Under the pieces are notes generated by a model that was given only the letters and a program-made list of their open reading frames with translations, did not search any database and was not told the origin of the DNA. Positions 40,671 to 53,261 of a DNA stretch of 64,000 nt are shown one piece after another; position 1 is the first letter of the stretch; each line of letters starts with the position of its first letter. The stretch is from Phoronis australis (lineage: Eukaryota; Animalia; Phoronida): positions 1-64,000 of the forward strand of contig NMRA01000268.1 in the NCBI GenBank assembly GCA_002633005.1, written 5' to 3'. The position numbers were made by a program, and so were the translations under genes.

Positions 40671-42951
40671 GAATGCATCTGTTGACCGCTCGGTGAAATA
40701 CGCGTACTCTTGCTTAGCATCTGTTCTGTTCTGTTCTGTTCTGTGACATGCTCGCAGGACCGCCAATTACACGCTCCACATGATACGACCTATGTTCAGC
40801 TCAACATGTCAGGACTCATGAATATCCGTAGCAATAAGAGAAACCTCCGTTTTGCATTAGATGTTTAGTCACAGGTAATTAGAATAGCTGGGGGCAGATC
40901 CTCGCTCAGATTCGATTATAAACACGACTGTAGTCACTGTTGCGGGTCTTTTTCCTCACCTGTTCATATTTACGAGAATGGAAGACTGTTCTCTATAGTT
41001 CCCTCGAAACGCCAGTGTTGGAAAAATGACGACACATATTAACAAATATATGTCAGTTCGTCGGTCTACCAAGTCCATAAGAAGGAATAGTGAGAGAAAC
41101 AATTGGTTCATAAATATTGGACTAGTTACAAGCGTACAGGGGACACAAGTTTGGCGAATGAAACTAAAGCTACACTAATAGAGACTGAGCACTAACTTCA
41201 AAATCTGTCTGAGACCAATATCTTGAGAATTCAAAATAAGATTTCCAAATAGAATGATGAGTGCCTCTAAGCTGATCCTTAAACGTGACGGGTCAGTCTC
41301 AAAATTCGTAATAGAAGTATTGTATATTATTTGAGTGAGAGTAATTTGCAAATGATCCTTCGTGGAACCGCTTTCTAAATGAAAACTTAACCTCCGCGAC
41401 AGAGAGGAAGTAGTGATACCAAAATAGCTTGGCTTGAATTGCCATTAGTGGGATGTGGACACGCTTCTGCGGGACATTCAAAATTGTACTTGTACATGTG
41501 TACATCAAGTTCATCCTCGCCAGGGGTTGCTAAACCTCCTGGATGGATATTCGGCATAAAACATAGAAGAAAACAAATGGCAGTGTAACTTTCTGAGACG
41601 TCAAATCCGTTGAACACACGCCACTTTTCGTTATCGATGTTCGTGATTTCGTGTCGCATACGTCCAAAACAATGGTCGACATCACAAAGGTCAATGGTTA
41701 GACATTTAGAAACACTCCCGTTTCATTCAATCACGAAACAGCGTATAAATCGTTGCTTTTTGATTAACTTGAATTGAATTTTTAGATTCCCATTTTGCTG
41801 ATGCAAGTTAAATTGGCGGAAAGAGGGCATTTGCCTATGAACGTACAATCAATAAGCACTGCTGAAAAGGGATATGGTTCGTGTCCCAGGTTTTTCAAGG
41901 CCTCGGCGTATCAGAGAAGAAAATGCAAGCACAAATACATGCAGATTAGAAGGAATAGCCTCTCCCGTTTTTTGTAGTAAGCATGGGCACCTAGGCACGG
42001 CTCCAGGTTTTTGCTCTGAGGTCCAAGCGCCAATCCCAGTCACACCTTACAGATACACACTTACACAATGACGGAACTATTGCACTGTTGGGGGTAGGGT
42101 TACCAAAACCGTTGCAGGTCAATAGATGCTCTTGGTGTTTTACGACTCAACTAGTTTATGAAATTAAAAATTTCCATTGTCATTATATATGGATTGCATT
42201 GTTTTGAAAAAACTGCCAAATACTAAAAATGAACATTTAGGTATCGGTTCATATTTTAAGGTAGGTGTATACACTGATCAAATCTCCAGGTTCCTAACTA
42301 AAATGAGTAAAAAGGGAGTTTTAACTAGTTAGACATGACTCTGGAAGTGACAAAAATCGAAAGAAAATGTTTTTTTTTGTAGTTCGTTTTTTTAAAAAAT
42401 CGTATTTTTTAATTTTCAACAAATCCAATTTTACCTCGAAATTTTTTTCAAAATGCACAGGGATCATCATCAACTATTTCCTTACGCAATATTCTGCTTA
42501 TTCATACCAAATATATGTACAAAATCATTATGATCTTGATTTTGTGGCATTTTTTGTGTGCGAGTTGGGGCAAGCACGCCACTTTCTGTCATTTGGTCAC
42601 TTTCCGTCTAATAACTAAAAATCTGGTCCATTTATCAAAAACCCTGGCACGCGATTTTACTTCAGTCCAAGAGGATTTCAAATTTGCAACTTTCGTTAAA
42701 ATTAACCCACGTGTTGTGGAAAAATAGGCCCGAGAATCGTGTCACTATCCTGAAATCACGAGCCGAGAAAAACGGCTTTGAAGTTAAGCGGTCGTCGATT
42801 GCCACTTGAGATCAAATTTCGTTCAGAATGCGTGGCCATTATGTTCCAATTTTTGTTGAAGTACTAGAAATAAAGCTGATATTTACTTCATATTTAGAAA
42901 ATGTGACATACCTGTTTGTTTACAGCGTAATTTTAATCATTTTTTCGAACT

Positions 42952-43217
42952 TGTGATGCACGACAGACGACCAAAACAAATATGGCTGTCACGTGGGCGG
43001 AGCTTAGCGTTGATCTATTGTCTGCTGTACTGGTGTGCCGACCACCATGTGTTGATTGTTTATACGATTCATCTGAACTCTCCACTCAGTTTGTAAAAGA
43101 CTCTCTAACTATATTACACAGACCTATTTGTTAGTATTCCAATATTATCATCAACCAATATATGTGTTATATCAAATCGCCGCGTTACTGCCTACATAAC
43201 AATATTGGCGACGAGGA
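42952..43217 (+). mobile_element. Gypsy-type LTR with primer-binding site, internal region absent
   Basis: Segment ends ...taaca (43201), followed by atat and the PBS-like tggcgacgagga (43206-43217); probable TG start at 42952. Confidence 0.55.
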
Positions 43218-45255
43218 TAAAGAACTACTTTCATAGTAATGGTTCAACATTTTTACGTGCCTGTACCGAATGGACTTTGGGATAAGAAAATATCACTTTC
43301 TGCGCAAATAGCGCCGCTTGGGTGAGATTCTCAAGTTACTAAAGTTTCTTATATTGCTTTCCTCTAAAATCGTATAATATCATGAGTTTTAATTCAGGAT
43401 TACGTTTGAATCTATGCACTAGAAAATTTTTTGTTATGTTGAACACTGGGTCATTTCTCTAATTCTTTGGGTTACGGCCAGTGGCAAGTTAAAAATCCTC
43501 TGGGTTTGACAGCCTAGTTTCTTCACGGCACGTTCCCAGCACAGAAGCACAGTTTATCTGCGAAGACTCTACTCTGACGGCATGTAGTTGTCCATGTGTC
43601 GCGCGCGCGGCTTGTCTTCACAGCGCGTGCATGCACTCTCACCGAATCGTGCAACACCACCCACGTCGACACTCAGTGTTCTCTCGCAAGACAACTGACC
43701 TTATATTACCGACTTCTCTTATACATGCGCAATTTATGCACAGACTCCTCAAGCTGAGTGCAGTGATGGCTTCGGTAGGGCTTGGCGTACTCAACTTAAT
43801 TCTTTTGCAGATAGACGTCGTCGCGTGGAAGAGTATGGTCTCGATAGTAACGAAGTGTCGGTTATTTGCATGACCAAAGAACACATTCTCATCTAAATAA
43901 GGGACAAGTTGAGACCAATTTTAAAGCGGTAAGTTGTCTAAATGAAAAGCATGTTTCTTGAAAAGAATGCGAGTTTATATGGGCCGCGAAAGAGCAAACA
44001 ATAGAAATATCCAACCTAATTCATAATTTCGCCTTTTCAGCGCATTTAGCTAGTTTCCGTTTCCATAGAAAGGTTTGGTTTGATTTTCCAAATTGGTTTG
44101 ATTTTTACGAATTAAGTTTGATTTTTCTATAAAATAGTTTCTGTCTATTCCGCGGCTCAAAATTTTATCCACTAAGCAGATACAGCGATAAAAATGTTGA
44201 CCGACAAATTGCATTACGCGTTCGTGACCACCATTTGTATAAATAGTAAAATAAGTGGTGCACTGTTCTTTCCCGTAACTACATGTAATAACTCTTTCCT
44301 CTGGTTAGCCAAAATACCCTTCCAAATGATCACGAACACCTGGTTCACATCACATAATGAGCCACATTGGTGGCAGATACCGCCAATAACAGTAACAATA
44401 GCCAACGGAAAGAGCTTTCAGTGGTGCAAACTAAAATTATTCATACCATAAATACAGCTGAACAGCGAATTTTTTATCATATAAGCGTGAACACGGTGTG
44501 AACATGCAACAAACATCGGGCACTACAATTGATCAACACGGTGAACAAGAGGCTTTCTATCAGCGACAACCTCAGTGTTATCGTATTTTTAATCCAACAA
44601 AGTTCCGAATGTGGGTATCTGCTTTTCTATCGTGGGTCGGTCAGGGGAAAGGGCCGACCGTAATTACGCTCGTAATTACGACCGAGACGTTCCTATATGC
44701 AATGAGAAATTGGTTTGTAGTCCACGTGAGCTTTAAGTGAAGACGTTTTACGTTAGATTTAAGAACCAGCCCACGAGATGACAAGCATTTAATACTCAGT
44801 TGATTTTCAATTTTGTGTTGCAAATGCTTTGATATTGAAATGTCTTGAATAAAGATAGAGTGATTTACCACCAACATTTAAAAATTCTACTAAATTACCT
44901 CCCGAAAACCGTTTTGAACCTATGCTTTTGCAATGTCATACGTCATCTGCACGCACTATTAAAGAGTAAGAGAGTGAAACGTGACCTAAATATTGAAAAA
45001 TCATGGTAATTTCAACAAATAAAATGAAAGCATTGCCTGCTAGATTTACATGTTGGCATCCTAATATGTACTAAAACAGATCACCTTCAAATGCCTTGGA
45101 TGGGTAGGGAACCAAGTAAAAAAATTCAGTCACTCTTAGATATATTTCAATCTTTTGCACTAATATACTTGGCACCTGAGACATTTCCTTCTGAGCACGT
45201 CATGACATGCGCAAAATACGAGAAAAAATACGAGCGTAAAATTAAGAGCGTTCAA

Positions 45256-45832
45256 CTCGCTGGTTCTCTGCGTGTCCGATAGGGGGTAGAGAACACGCAG
45301 ATATCATTTAATTTTCCTCGGAAATTTTTTTACACCCTGTCCGACGTTTGTGAATGGCTGGTCTATTTCTCAACAGGTACCGCTTCACGTAAACAAACTG
45401 GCATGACTGATGGAGAAAGTGTAAATGTGGTCTACTGTACAGACAAATTAGTGCTTAATTCATGTTCAAGAAATGTGAATCAGAAAATTGTGGTCGCGCC
45501 TTTTCGGAGTGAATTTTTCTACTGTCGCTAACTTCTGTTTACGTTGCTGTTCTGTATTCACACAGCATGAATAACAAACCGGTTAAATCGGCCAGATGTG
45601 TGTTTATTGTACATGTACGCGCGTCAAGTACGCGGTTATTAAACATTACTGCATAAACGAAATAGCTGCTGTAACGCCACTTGTATGACAAGGCTAAAAA
45701 TCGTTCATAGCCCGCCATTTTCTTTCTTTGTTGATAAGCTTACCAATGAATGCAGAGGTTATATCAACCAGTGATAAAACGCGTGTTACTGAATGATGCC
45801 TGCGTATTCTCCGCACTCAGGGAACCAGCGAG
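45256..45832. mobile_element. 577-bp MITE with 10-bp TSD (Mutator-like)
   Basis: TIR ctcgctggttc / gaaccagcgag plus inner gagaacacgcag / ctgcgtattctc; TSD gagcgttcaa (45246-45255) and gagcgtacaa (45833-45842). Confidence 0.75.
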
Positions 45833-46479
45833 GAGCGTACAACTTCTTCGAGAGCTCACCTGACCTACAGACCAATTCTCATTAGATATAATGATTACGG
45901 TCGCAAAACACGCGCGAAGTCCACGAGCGTCATTGAGTCATTCTCAATGAATCGCGACAATTCGACACCTGAGACACTCGATTTTCAAGTATCTCCATTT
46001 GGAGCTAACGTATATTTTTTTTTCTTAATTTAACGTATGAATGATAAGTTTTGAACAATTTCCTCAGCTCAGCAAGAGCAGTCATAGAGTTATTTTGTTG
46101 TTTTATTAGAGCAACTGGATTATTTAATAGAAAACTGAAAAACGCGTTCGTTAGGTCAATTTTGCTCCAGTTTGTTATCATTGACAACAAGCAATCTCAT
46201 TGTGCAATTTTATCAATCAGCATTCTTGGTAAAATCGAGAAAAACAGCTCTTAGTATTTTCTACTTTCTTGTGTATTTTTCGTGGACATATAAAAATTAA
46301 ACTTTTGAACTAAGTTTTTACTTTTTTAAAACATTTCGTTTGTTTATAACTGTGTTATATAAAAACAGGTGCCGTGGTGTTTGCACTTGTCTTAATCTTC
46401 ATTAGCGACTATCCACCATTCAAAAACTGGTAGCCAATATCCGGTAACGTGATGACTAAAAAATCCTTAATTGAATTTA

Positions 46480-48320
46480 AGGACGTCTCGTAAATGACGC
46501 AACATGTCCCGTTAGTGAGGCGCAAGTGATATTGTGACGTTCGCTATTATTTCTGACAACCAACACTTCAGGAAATAAGTGGTATGAAATAATGACGGAT
46601 AGTGCACGTATTTAAGGCTATTTCTTGTCACCTGAATGAGTTGATGTAACTGATTACGTGAAATAAAAATGGCAACGTATTATAATTCAAGCGTCTGTGT
46701 TGCAAGAAGGCACGTGGAGACATTTGTAACACAACTCACATGTACATGTACTGGTAAATCTAAAAGTTTGCATTCAACATTTTTACATTTGCTATACGAC
46801 TGCGCCTGACATCTAACTCGTCACAAGTCACGGCCCGTAAATGACGATTAAAGGTAATTCACGCGCTGATAATTAGACTAAAGACAGTTAAGGTTAAAAA
46901 CCTTTTAACGGCAATGTTAACTCGGCTTTAAACGTCATTAGGAGAAATCAAGGTAGTCCAGCAATTCATCTCACGCCTAGAATGCTCTGCAGCTTTCCCA
47001 GTGGGTGCGACGTCCAGGACGAGCCTCAGGATGTCATATTTTCGTAGCCAAATCTTGTTTCCTTCGGCCACATAAACAATACAGTCATTTTACTGGACGG
47101 CTGCAAGAAGTTGACTTCCACAGGCAAGTCGACATCATCTGTGTCTACGACTTGTCCGAGATATCGGCGACCTTCATTATTACAAACAAAATCGCCTTGC
47201 TTCACTTATATCTTGACTTCTTTGGTCTCAGCTAACAGTCTATTGTTTTCTTGTCTTTCGACTTTTTGTATTTCTGTCAGTTCTAACACTGGTACGAAAT
47301 ACCAGTAACTCGTTCACTTTCTCTTCTAAGCCATTCGTCACCAAGTTGTGCCTTTTTACAGGCTCTGTAGACTATTCCTTCATCCGCTGCGACTTGGACT
47401 TTGGCATTCGCAACGCAAACCAAAGTGACAAACTCTAATTAATAGGTATTAAATAAAATAAAAAGATGTCATCATTATTTTTGCAAGGTTAGCTGCATTG
47501 AGTCATGTATTGTCACAGATAATATTAATTAACTACTTAAAAATGAAATGAATTTGAGTGAAAATAGAACAAATCACTTACGGGACACTGGATGTCCTTT
47601 ACGTGACATATTTTATGAGAACTTATGAAGACCAACGTCAAGCAAATTCTAATCAAACTATGTTTCACAGTTAGCATTTGGTCACTTCTTCTAGTACGTT
47701 AATAACAAACCTAAAACATGTGAATTATAAAGTGACATTACTGAAAACTTACCCAAAAGTTCTGCTGACTTCTGTAGCGAATATTTTCAGACAGTATCGA
47801 TGTCGGCTGAAGCACGTGCTCGTTCTTAAAAAATTGACCTATATTCTTGTCACACATGCCAATATTACCTGAAAATAATTGGACGTGACATAATCATAAA
47901 CTTGTCGTCCCGCAAATGAAGGCTCGTAAATGATAAGCAACAAAGTTAAACTTCAAATGCCAATTTTTTTCCTAAATGTCGGCCAAAAACTTTCAAAACT
48001 GTACATTGATTTCGCACATCACCATACATGTAGCTTTGTAGAGTTATTTTGGTTTCCACATCTTCATTTTAATCAACGCACTATTATTGAGTTTATGTAC
48101 GTCTCGTAAATGATTCCAAAAAAAATTCCACCGCGCTTCTTAAAAATCAGTGCCACACAGCCACTTTCAGATGAGGCAAAGGTTTAAAAACTTAATGCCA
48201 TCGCCGTTTTTTGTGTATTACAAGTTATTGATTGCGAATTCGCTAAAATATCTCTTGAAACTTTTTTTACAAAAACAGTTCAATGAGGTCTCGTAAATGA
48301 TTTGAGATTTGGCTTCACTC
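46480..48320 (-). mobile_element. DNA transposon fragment, tentatively Sola-like
   Basis: Recurrent motif (g)tctcgtaaatga at about 46485, 46834, 47923, 48101 and 48288; end reads GAG on the - strand at 48320; decayed basic N-terminal coding stretch YRACKKAQLGDEWLRRESERV near 47300-47410. Confidence 0.4.
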
Positions 48321-50736
48321 AGTAAACATGGTGGTAATTAAAATTTATTTTTTGTTGATGAAAAAACGTTGACCTTCTCTTTAAATATGCCTCGCTGAGT
48401 TTCCAAAACACAATTATTCGTTTCGATTGCTAAAGTTATTATAACATAAAAGAGCCTGTTTCTACTTTGTCGTTTTTTCACCTTCACGCAATTTTATGAA
48501 ACCCTAGGCTACATGGTGCATTGTGACACCTACCATGTAAACTGTAGCCGGTCATAAGACACAGCATCCACATTAGACATATTTTTCTTTATTTTAAAGG
48601 TCTTTTGGCGTTGTTTCATGACTTTGGACATTTTTTTGTGGTGAGCTGAACATTGGCTTCACCATTTGCCTCGATTCATTGAGAATTAATTTATTACAGG
48701 CGACACTTTCACGTGGACGGCCCACGACACTTTTCAGCCGTACGTTTAGATGGGTTTACTTTAAGCTTATCGGCTAGGCAGCTATAGTTTCCCGAATCGG
48801 CGAATCACAAGCAGATGATCGTCCTCTTTATATTTTTTGTCCACTGGACCGCAAAACGTTGTGATGATATTTGTTCGGAAGAAGCTTTCGATGATAACAG
48901 TTCTAAAGTTACTTCGTTTTTATTAAACAAAATTCCACCTCAAGCCCTTTATTGCATAGCAATACACAACATCGGAACAAACGCATGTACGGCGAAGCGT
49001 CAGCCGCACGAGATCGAATACGCTGACATTCCATTCTTAAAGTTTTATGAGTTTGACGTACCAATTTTCGAACCTTTTCCTCGGTTTGATTCTCTCCTGA
49101 AGCTTTTCAAATCAGGCTTGACATGAATGAGTCAATACCTAACATCTTTATAGCGCTGTTGCACATTGATTGTTTTTTCTCTCAACAGATACAGAACATT
49201 CTTGAGCACAACGAGTGAAGCAATAGAGACAATTGCCACGATTCATTGGTCTTTGTTTCTCGCTTCTGTCACCTTATATCAATCATCAATCCATCAACTA
49301 TATTACCGCAAAAAGCCAGAGGCCCATCGTACAAAAACTACATTTGGATATTTGAGCGCGGAAGAAGTTATCATGGCGCTTGTTGTAAAGTTGAAAAAAA
49401 CATGTTTACAAAGTTGAACACGTTGTTTGCTATCACTTGTTAACATTAGTTTAATGAATTTATATACCGGAGGGTGCTTACAGTAATACATGTCAAAGTG
49501 CCCTATTTCTACGTTCAGTGTATGTATTACGCCCCCTTGACCAACACTAAACGCCGCTAGTGTCGGCCATTTTCAAGCAACCTAGCAATGACACAGATAA
49601 CGAGGCGTCCGCCTCGATTTCAATTAACTTTAACTTCAAGCTTGTGTTAGAAATCGGCGATTTATAGTAAAGTTGCAAAAAGTAATAAGAGAAAAGTGAT
49701 TTTGTTCGTAGTAATTTTTTAATATCAGCTTTGGGCCACCATAAGAAATAGTTCTATAGCGCAAATTTAATTTGTATAAAATTTTGAGAAAAAGTATCAA
49801 ATGATTTGGCATAAAAAGGCTTTTTTCCATTGTCTGTCTGTTTTTTCCGAACACCCCTTCCACTGTTTTCAAAGATGATTAGTTACATCACATGTACTTT
49901 ATAAGCATTAAGTCTGAGGTTTGCACAGAGTGGCAGTAGAAACGACACGTAAATGTCATATATCAAGACAGAGTGTGTACATTACGCTCGAGGAATAGTG
50001 TCGAGGATGAATACCACTTATTGTTTGTTTGCGACGCTTTTTCCGAAATCTGTGTGTAGCATACATGTTCCCGCGTCCTTATTGGCCGACATTATTTGCT
50101 TGAACGACACGTCGGGGCTATTTATTGTATTGGGCTGTAAAGGATTTCTATGGAGAAATATCTTACGCAAGTGAACAGTTGAATCAATTTTTTTTTAAAT
50201 GTGTACTTTTGGAGAATAAATTATACGACATGACAAAGAGACAACACACACTAACAAGTCGTACTGTACAGGACCTACAAAATTTGGTTAACACCGGCTA
50301 GTGGCTCATGAATGGCTTCCTAGAAATGAACAATTATCGTGGACAGTGTTTTAATATAAAATCTCTGCACTGAAGTAGAAAAAACACATGTTCGGTGATC
50401 GGCACCGGAATTGAAAAACGATCGTTTTACTACCAGGCGATCTTGGTTTACGTTGGTCGATTTGTAATAAGACGATGCTAAAGGAATTAAATGTCACTTG
50501 TTTGAAATTACTTATTCATACTTTGCTTACAAACTGGATGTATATTAAATGGGTATCGTACATTGCGTATTTTGAACAACAATTCTATGAACGGGAAGTA
50601 CTAAGTATTCACCTTCTCGGAGGAAGTGAAATGAAACCACATCTTACAGCTATTCAACAGAATGACAAATTATAATTAGTCATTTAAAAAGAATGACACG
50701 ATCTGCGACAATGTTTTTTGTTATCGTTGCCATAAC

Positions 50737-50737
<1 letters not shown>

Positions 50738-50784
<47 letters not shown>

Positions 50785-50787
50785 TAT
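50738..50787. repeat. (ATCATT)n/(ATT)n microsatellite
   Basis: Read directly from the sequence; it produces the poly-Ile stretch in ORF 50693..51886. Confidence 0.95.
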
Positions 50788-50790
50788 AAA

Positions 50791-50818
50791 GGTTTCTACT
50801 TCTCGTTTTCTGTTGCAG
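50791..50818 (+). promoter_or_regulatory. 3' splice acceptor immediately before the GPCR start codon
   Basis: Polypyrimidine tract tttctacttctcgttttctgttgcag, then aca ATG (50822). Confidence 0.65.
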
Positions 50819-50821
50819 ACA

Positions 50822-51886
50822 ATGAATTCAACCAACATTTCCGATTTTGAAACCGACGATTACCTTCCGAATGTGGAGAATGTCTCCACTGCGGAGTGGT
50901 ACAAGCATTCCCTCGTGCCATACCCTGCTTTGATCGCCTTCATGAGTTGTGAAATACTTCTGTTCTGTTGCATCTTGTTTGGCAACACGCTGGTTCTTAT
51001 GTCGTACATGAAATTCTATAAAATACGCGACACCAACAGCAATGTATTCATTTTCGCTTTAGCCGTAACGGACACGATGACTGCCGTGTTTAGCATTCCG
51101 TGCAACGTGTTTAAAAAGTACGCACTGCCCCTGTTCTGGAGACACATACCGGTGCAAATCTTGCACAGTTTTCACGGATGTTACTTAACCGTTTTTTTCC
51201 AGGTTTTGCCCTTGGTGTGCGGGTATGCCATGCTTTTTGTTATCGCCTTAGACAGATTCGTATCTATTCGCTACCCATTACGTCACGTCTCCTTGATGAC
51301 TCGACGCGTATGCAGAGCACTCATCATTGGCGGTTTTGCCTATCAGATTGTTTTGTTTGGAATAATTATGTTGTTTAAGGAGGACGGATATGATATCCGA
51401 GTGGAAGTGTGCGTAATTGAAAACATCTTTAAAACCAATCCGTTCAAACGAATTCTTGCCTTAGCGATTTTGACCTATCTTCCTGTGCTGGCTACGTTCG
51501 CTCTACATATCTACGTGCTGTTCTCCGCGTTCCGGCAGACCAGCCGGGTGAGAGCCCTAGAAATTGTCCAAACTGTTGAACAAAAGAAAGAATTCAAAGT
51601 TACTCGTGGAATGTTAAGACTTGTTTTCGTCTTCGCCGTCTGCAACCTTCCCAGCTTGATTTCCAAAGCTGCACAACGAGGAGAAACCAGAAACACCGCC
51701 TGGCTACTTTCCCTTGATTATTTTTTCATTGAGTTGGCATATCTCAATTCGGCTTTGAATCCTCTGCTATATGCCAAGCACGACAAATTGTTCCGTCGGG
51801 CTTTTTTGAAAATTTTGTGCGTATGTGGGCTCAAGGACAACTTCGAAAACCAAATAGCTCCAACTGCAAATACGGAAAATCGATGA
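50822..51886 (+). CDS. Class A (rhodopsin-like) GPCR, single coding exon, 354 aa, orphan
   Basis: N-glycosylation sites MNST/NIS/NVS, TM1 FGNTLV, TM2 LAVTD, TM3 Cys and ALDRF..YPLR, ECL2 Cys, TM6 CNLP, TM7 NSALNPLLY, helix 8 FRRAF. Start placed at MNST rather than at 50693. Confidence 0.93.
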   Translation: MNSTNISDFETDDYLPNVENVSTAEWYKHSLVPYPALIAFMSCEILLFCCILFGNTLVLMSYMKFYKIRDTNSNVFIFALAVTDTMTAVFSIPCNVFKKYALPLFWRHIPVQILHSFHGCYLTVFFQVLPLVCGYAMLFVIALDRFVSIRYPLRHVSLMTRRVCRALIIGGFAYQIVLFGIIMLFKEDGYDIRVEVCVIENIFKTNPFKRILALAILTYLPVLATFALHIYVLFSAFRQTSRVRALEIVQTVEQKKEFKVTRGMLRLVFVFAVCNLPSLISKAAQRGETRNTAWLLSLDYFFIELAYLNSALNPLLYAKHDKLFRRAFLKILCVCGLKDNFENQIAPTANTENR

Positions 51887-51955
51887 TTTATCCACGTTCC
51901 GTGACCAGAGAAGATAAGTAGAGACGAATACCTTCAATTAAACACAGAAAAATCA

Positions 51956-52030
51956 GGAGCCCCATCTGGGAATCGAAACACAGGTCTCTAGATGGCCGGT
52001 CTAGTGCTCTTACCACTGAGCTACTGAGGA
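51956..52030 (-). mobile_element. tRNA-derived SINE-like head
   Basis: Minus strand ctcagtagctcagtggtaagagcactagaccggccatctagagacctgtgtttcgattcccagatggggctcc: A box TAGCTCAGTGG and a degenerate B box. Confidence 0.6.
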
Positions 52031-53261
52031 CCCGATATTTGTGTAATTACTGTTTAAAGGCAATACCTTGGTCGCGCTGTTCGGTATCGGTAACGCAAGG
52101 CGCTCGTGAGGCACTTGCGGTGACAAAACCTGGCCCACACTCAGAAGGGTACAGTGTGTTCATCCACGTTTTCTCCGAAAATTCATCATCCTACTGAGCA
52201 TCGCCGACCAATTGCTTCATCAGCCGTCACTTGGCTAGCATACTCCAGTAAGTTCCCGAGCTTGCTCAAGAGGTGACTAGTTTTTAATCCTGCGATGATC
52301 TAAACACTTTCTGCGATCGATCTTTTTTAGTTTCTTTGTAGGCCAGGCGCACTTGGTCAACCAGTGATTGAATGAAAAAACTACAGTTTCGAAATTCAAG
52401 ACTGCAAACAACTTTGAATGTTGTAAGCGGCGCCGATTCCAAAACGTACTACTAAAAATGATTTACAGCAGTTAGAAAACACACTGGACCGTAACCTGCG
52501 GAAGTGGAGCAAATGGTCAGTAGTTTCGCAAATGCTGTTCTCGAATGAGGCCATTTGACTTAAACATAGGAAACGTTCGTCGTGCAGAGAACTGTTGGCG
52601 ACTGCATGTGGAGACAGAATAATTTTTAAAGCAACCAGAGCAAAATTGTAACTGATAGCAGACGGGATGAAATGAGTGGAGACTTGAGTGGGAGCGGGTT
52701 TGCAGATCAAATTTTTCTCATACCCTCAAATGTAATGATAGTATAATTACGTCACTGAGAGGACTATTTGTATTGAAAGGGATTTGGAACTCTAAACCTT
52801 TACGTTACCAAGGCTCGCATTTTGCTTATATCTTTAATGTCGACTGCCAGCCTATGGCACCGGATAAAACTCTCTAATGTTTGAAACGAGTCACGTTACT
52901 GAGCCAACACAATGCTTAGTGATTTCATTCACAACTGGATTTGCTTGCTGCCAGTGAGCAACAGTGACTCCACATGGGAGGTAAAGGCAATTCCTCGAAT
53001 ATGGCGGACATTCTTCACAATCATTTCATGTGCAAATCCAGAAAATTACCAAACATGGCAAATGTCACGGAAGTCATACGGAAATGGTCTATTGAATTCA
53101 AATGAACAGACATTGTGCTTTATGCAAAAGGCTCCGATTCCAAAACTGATTGTTTTAAACTGTTCCATTTTGCACGGCGGACCAAAAATTGTGAATACAT
53201 TGGGATCAATCGTGGTTATTTATATCAAACGACGTTTTGCTATGTCAGTGATTTCGTTCAC

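Noticed and set aside
49380-49530. LINE C-terminal fragment YYCKHPPVYKFIKLM on the - strand
   Set aside because: Too short to assign without a search.
50693-50821. Signal peptide or extra TM helix on the GPCR
   Set aside because: It is encoded by a microsatellite upstream of a strong splice acceptor; the MNST start is more plausible.
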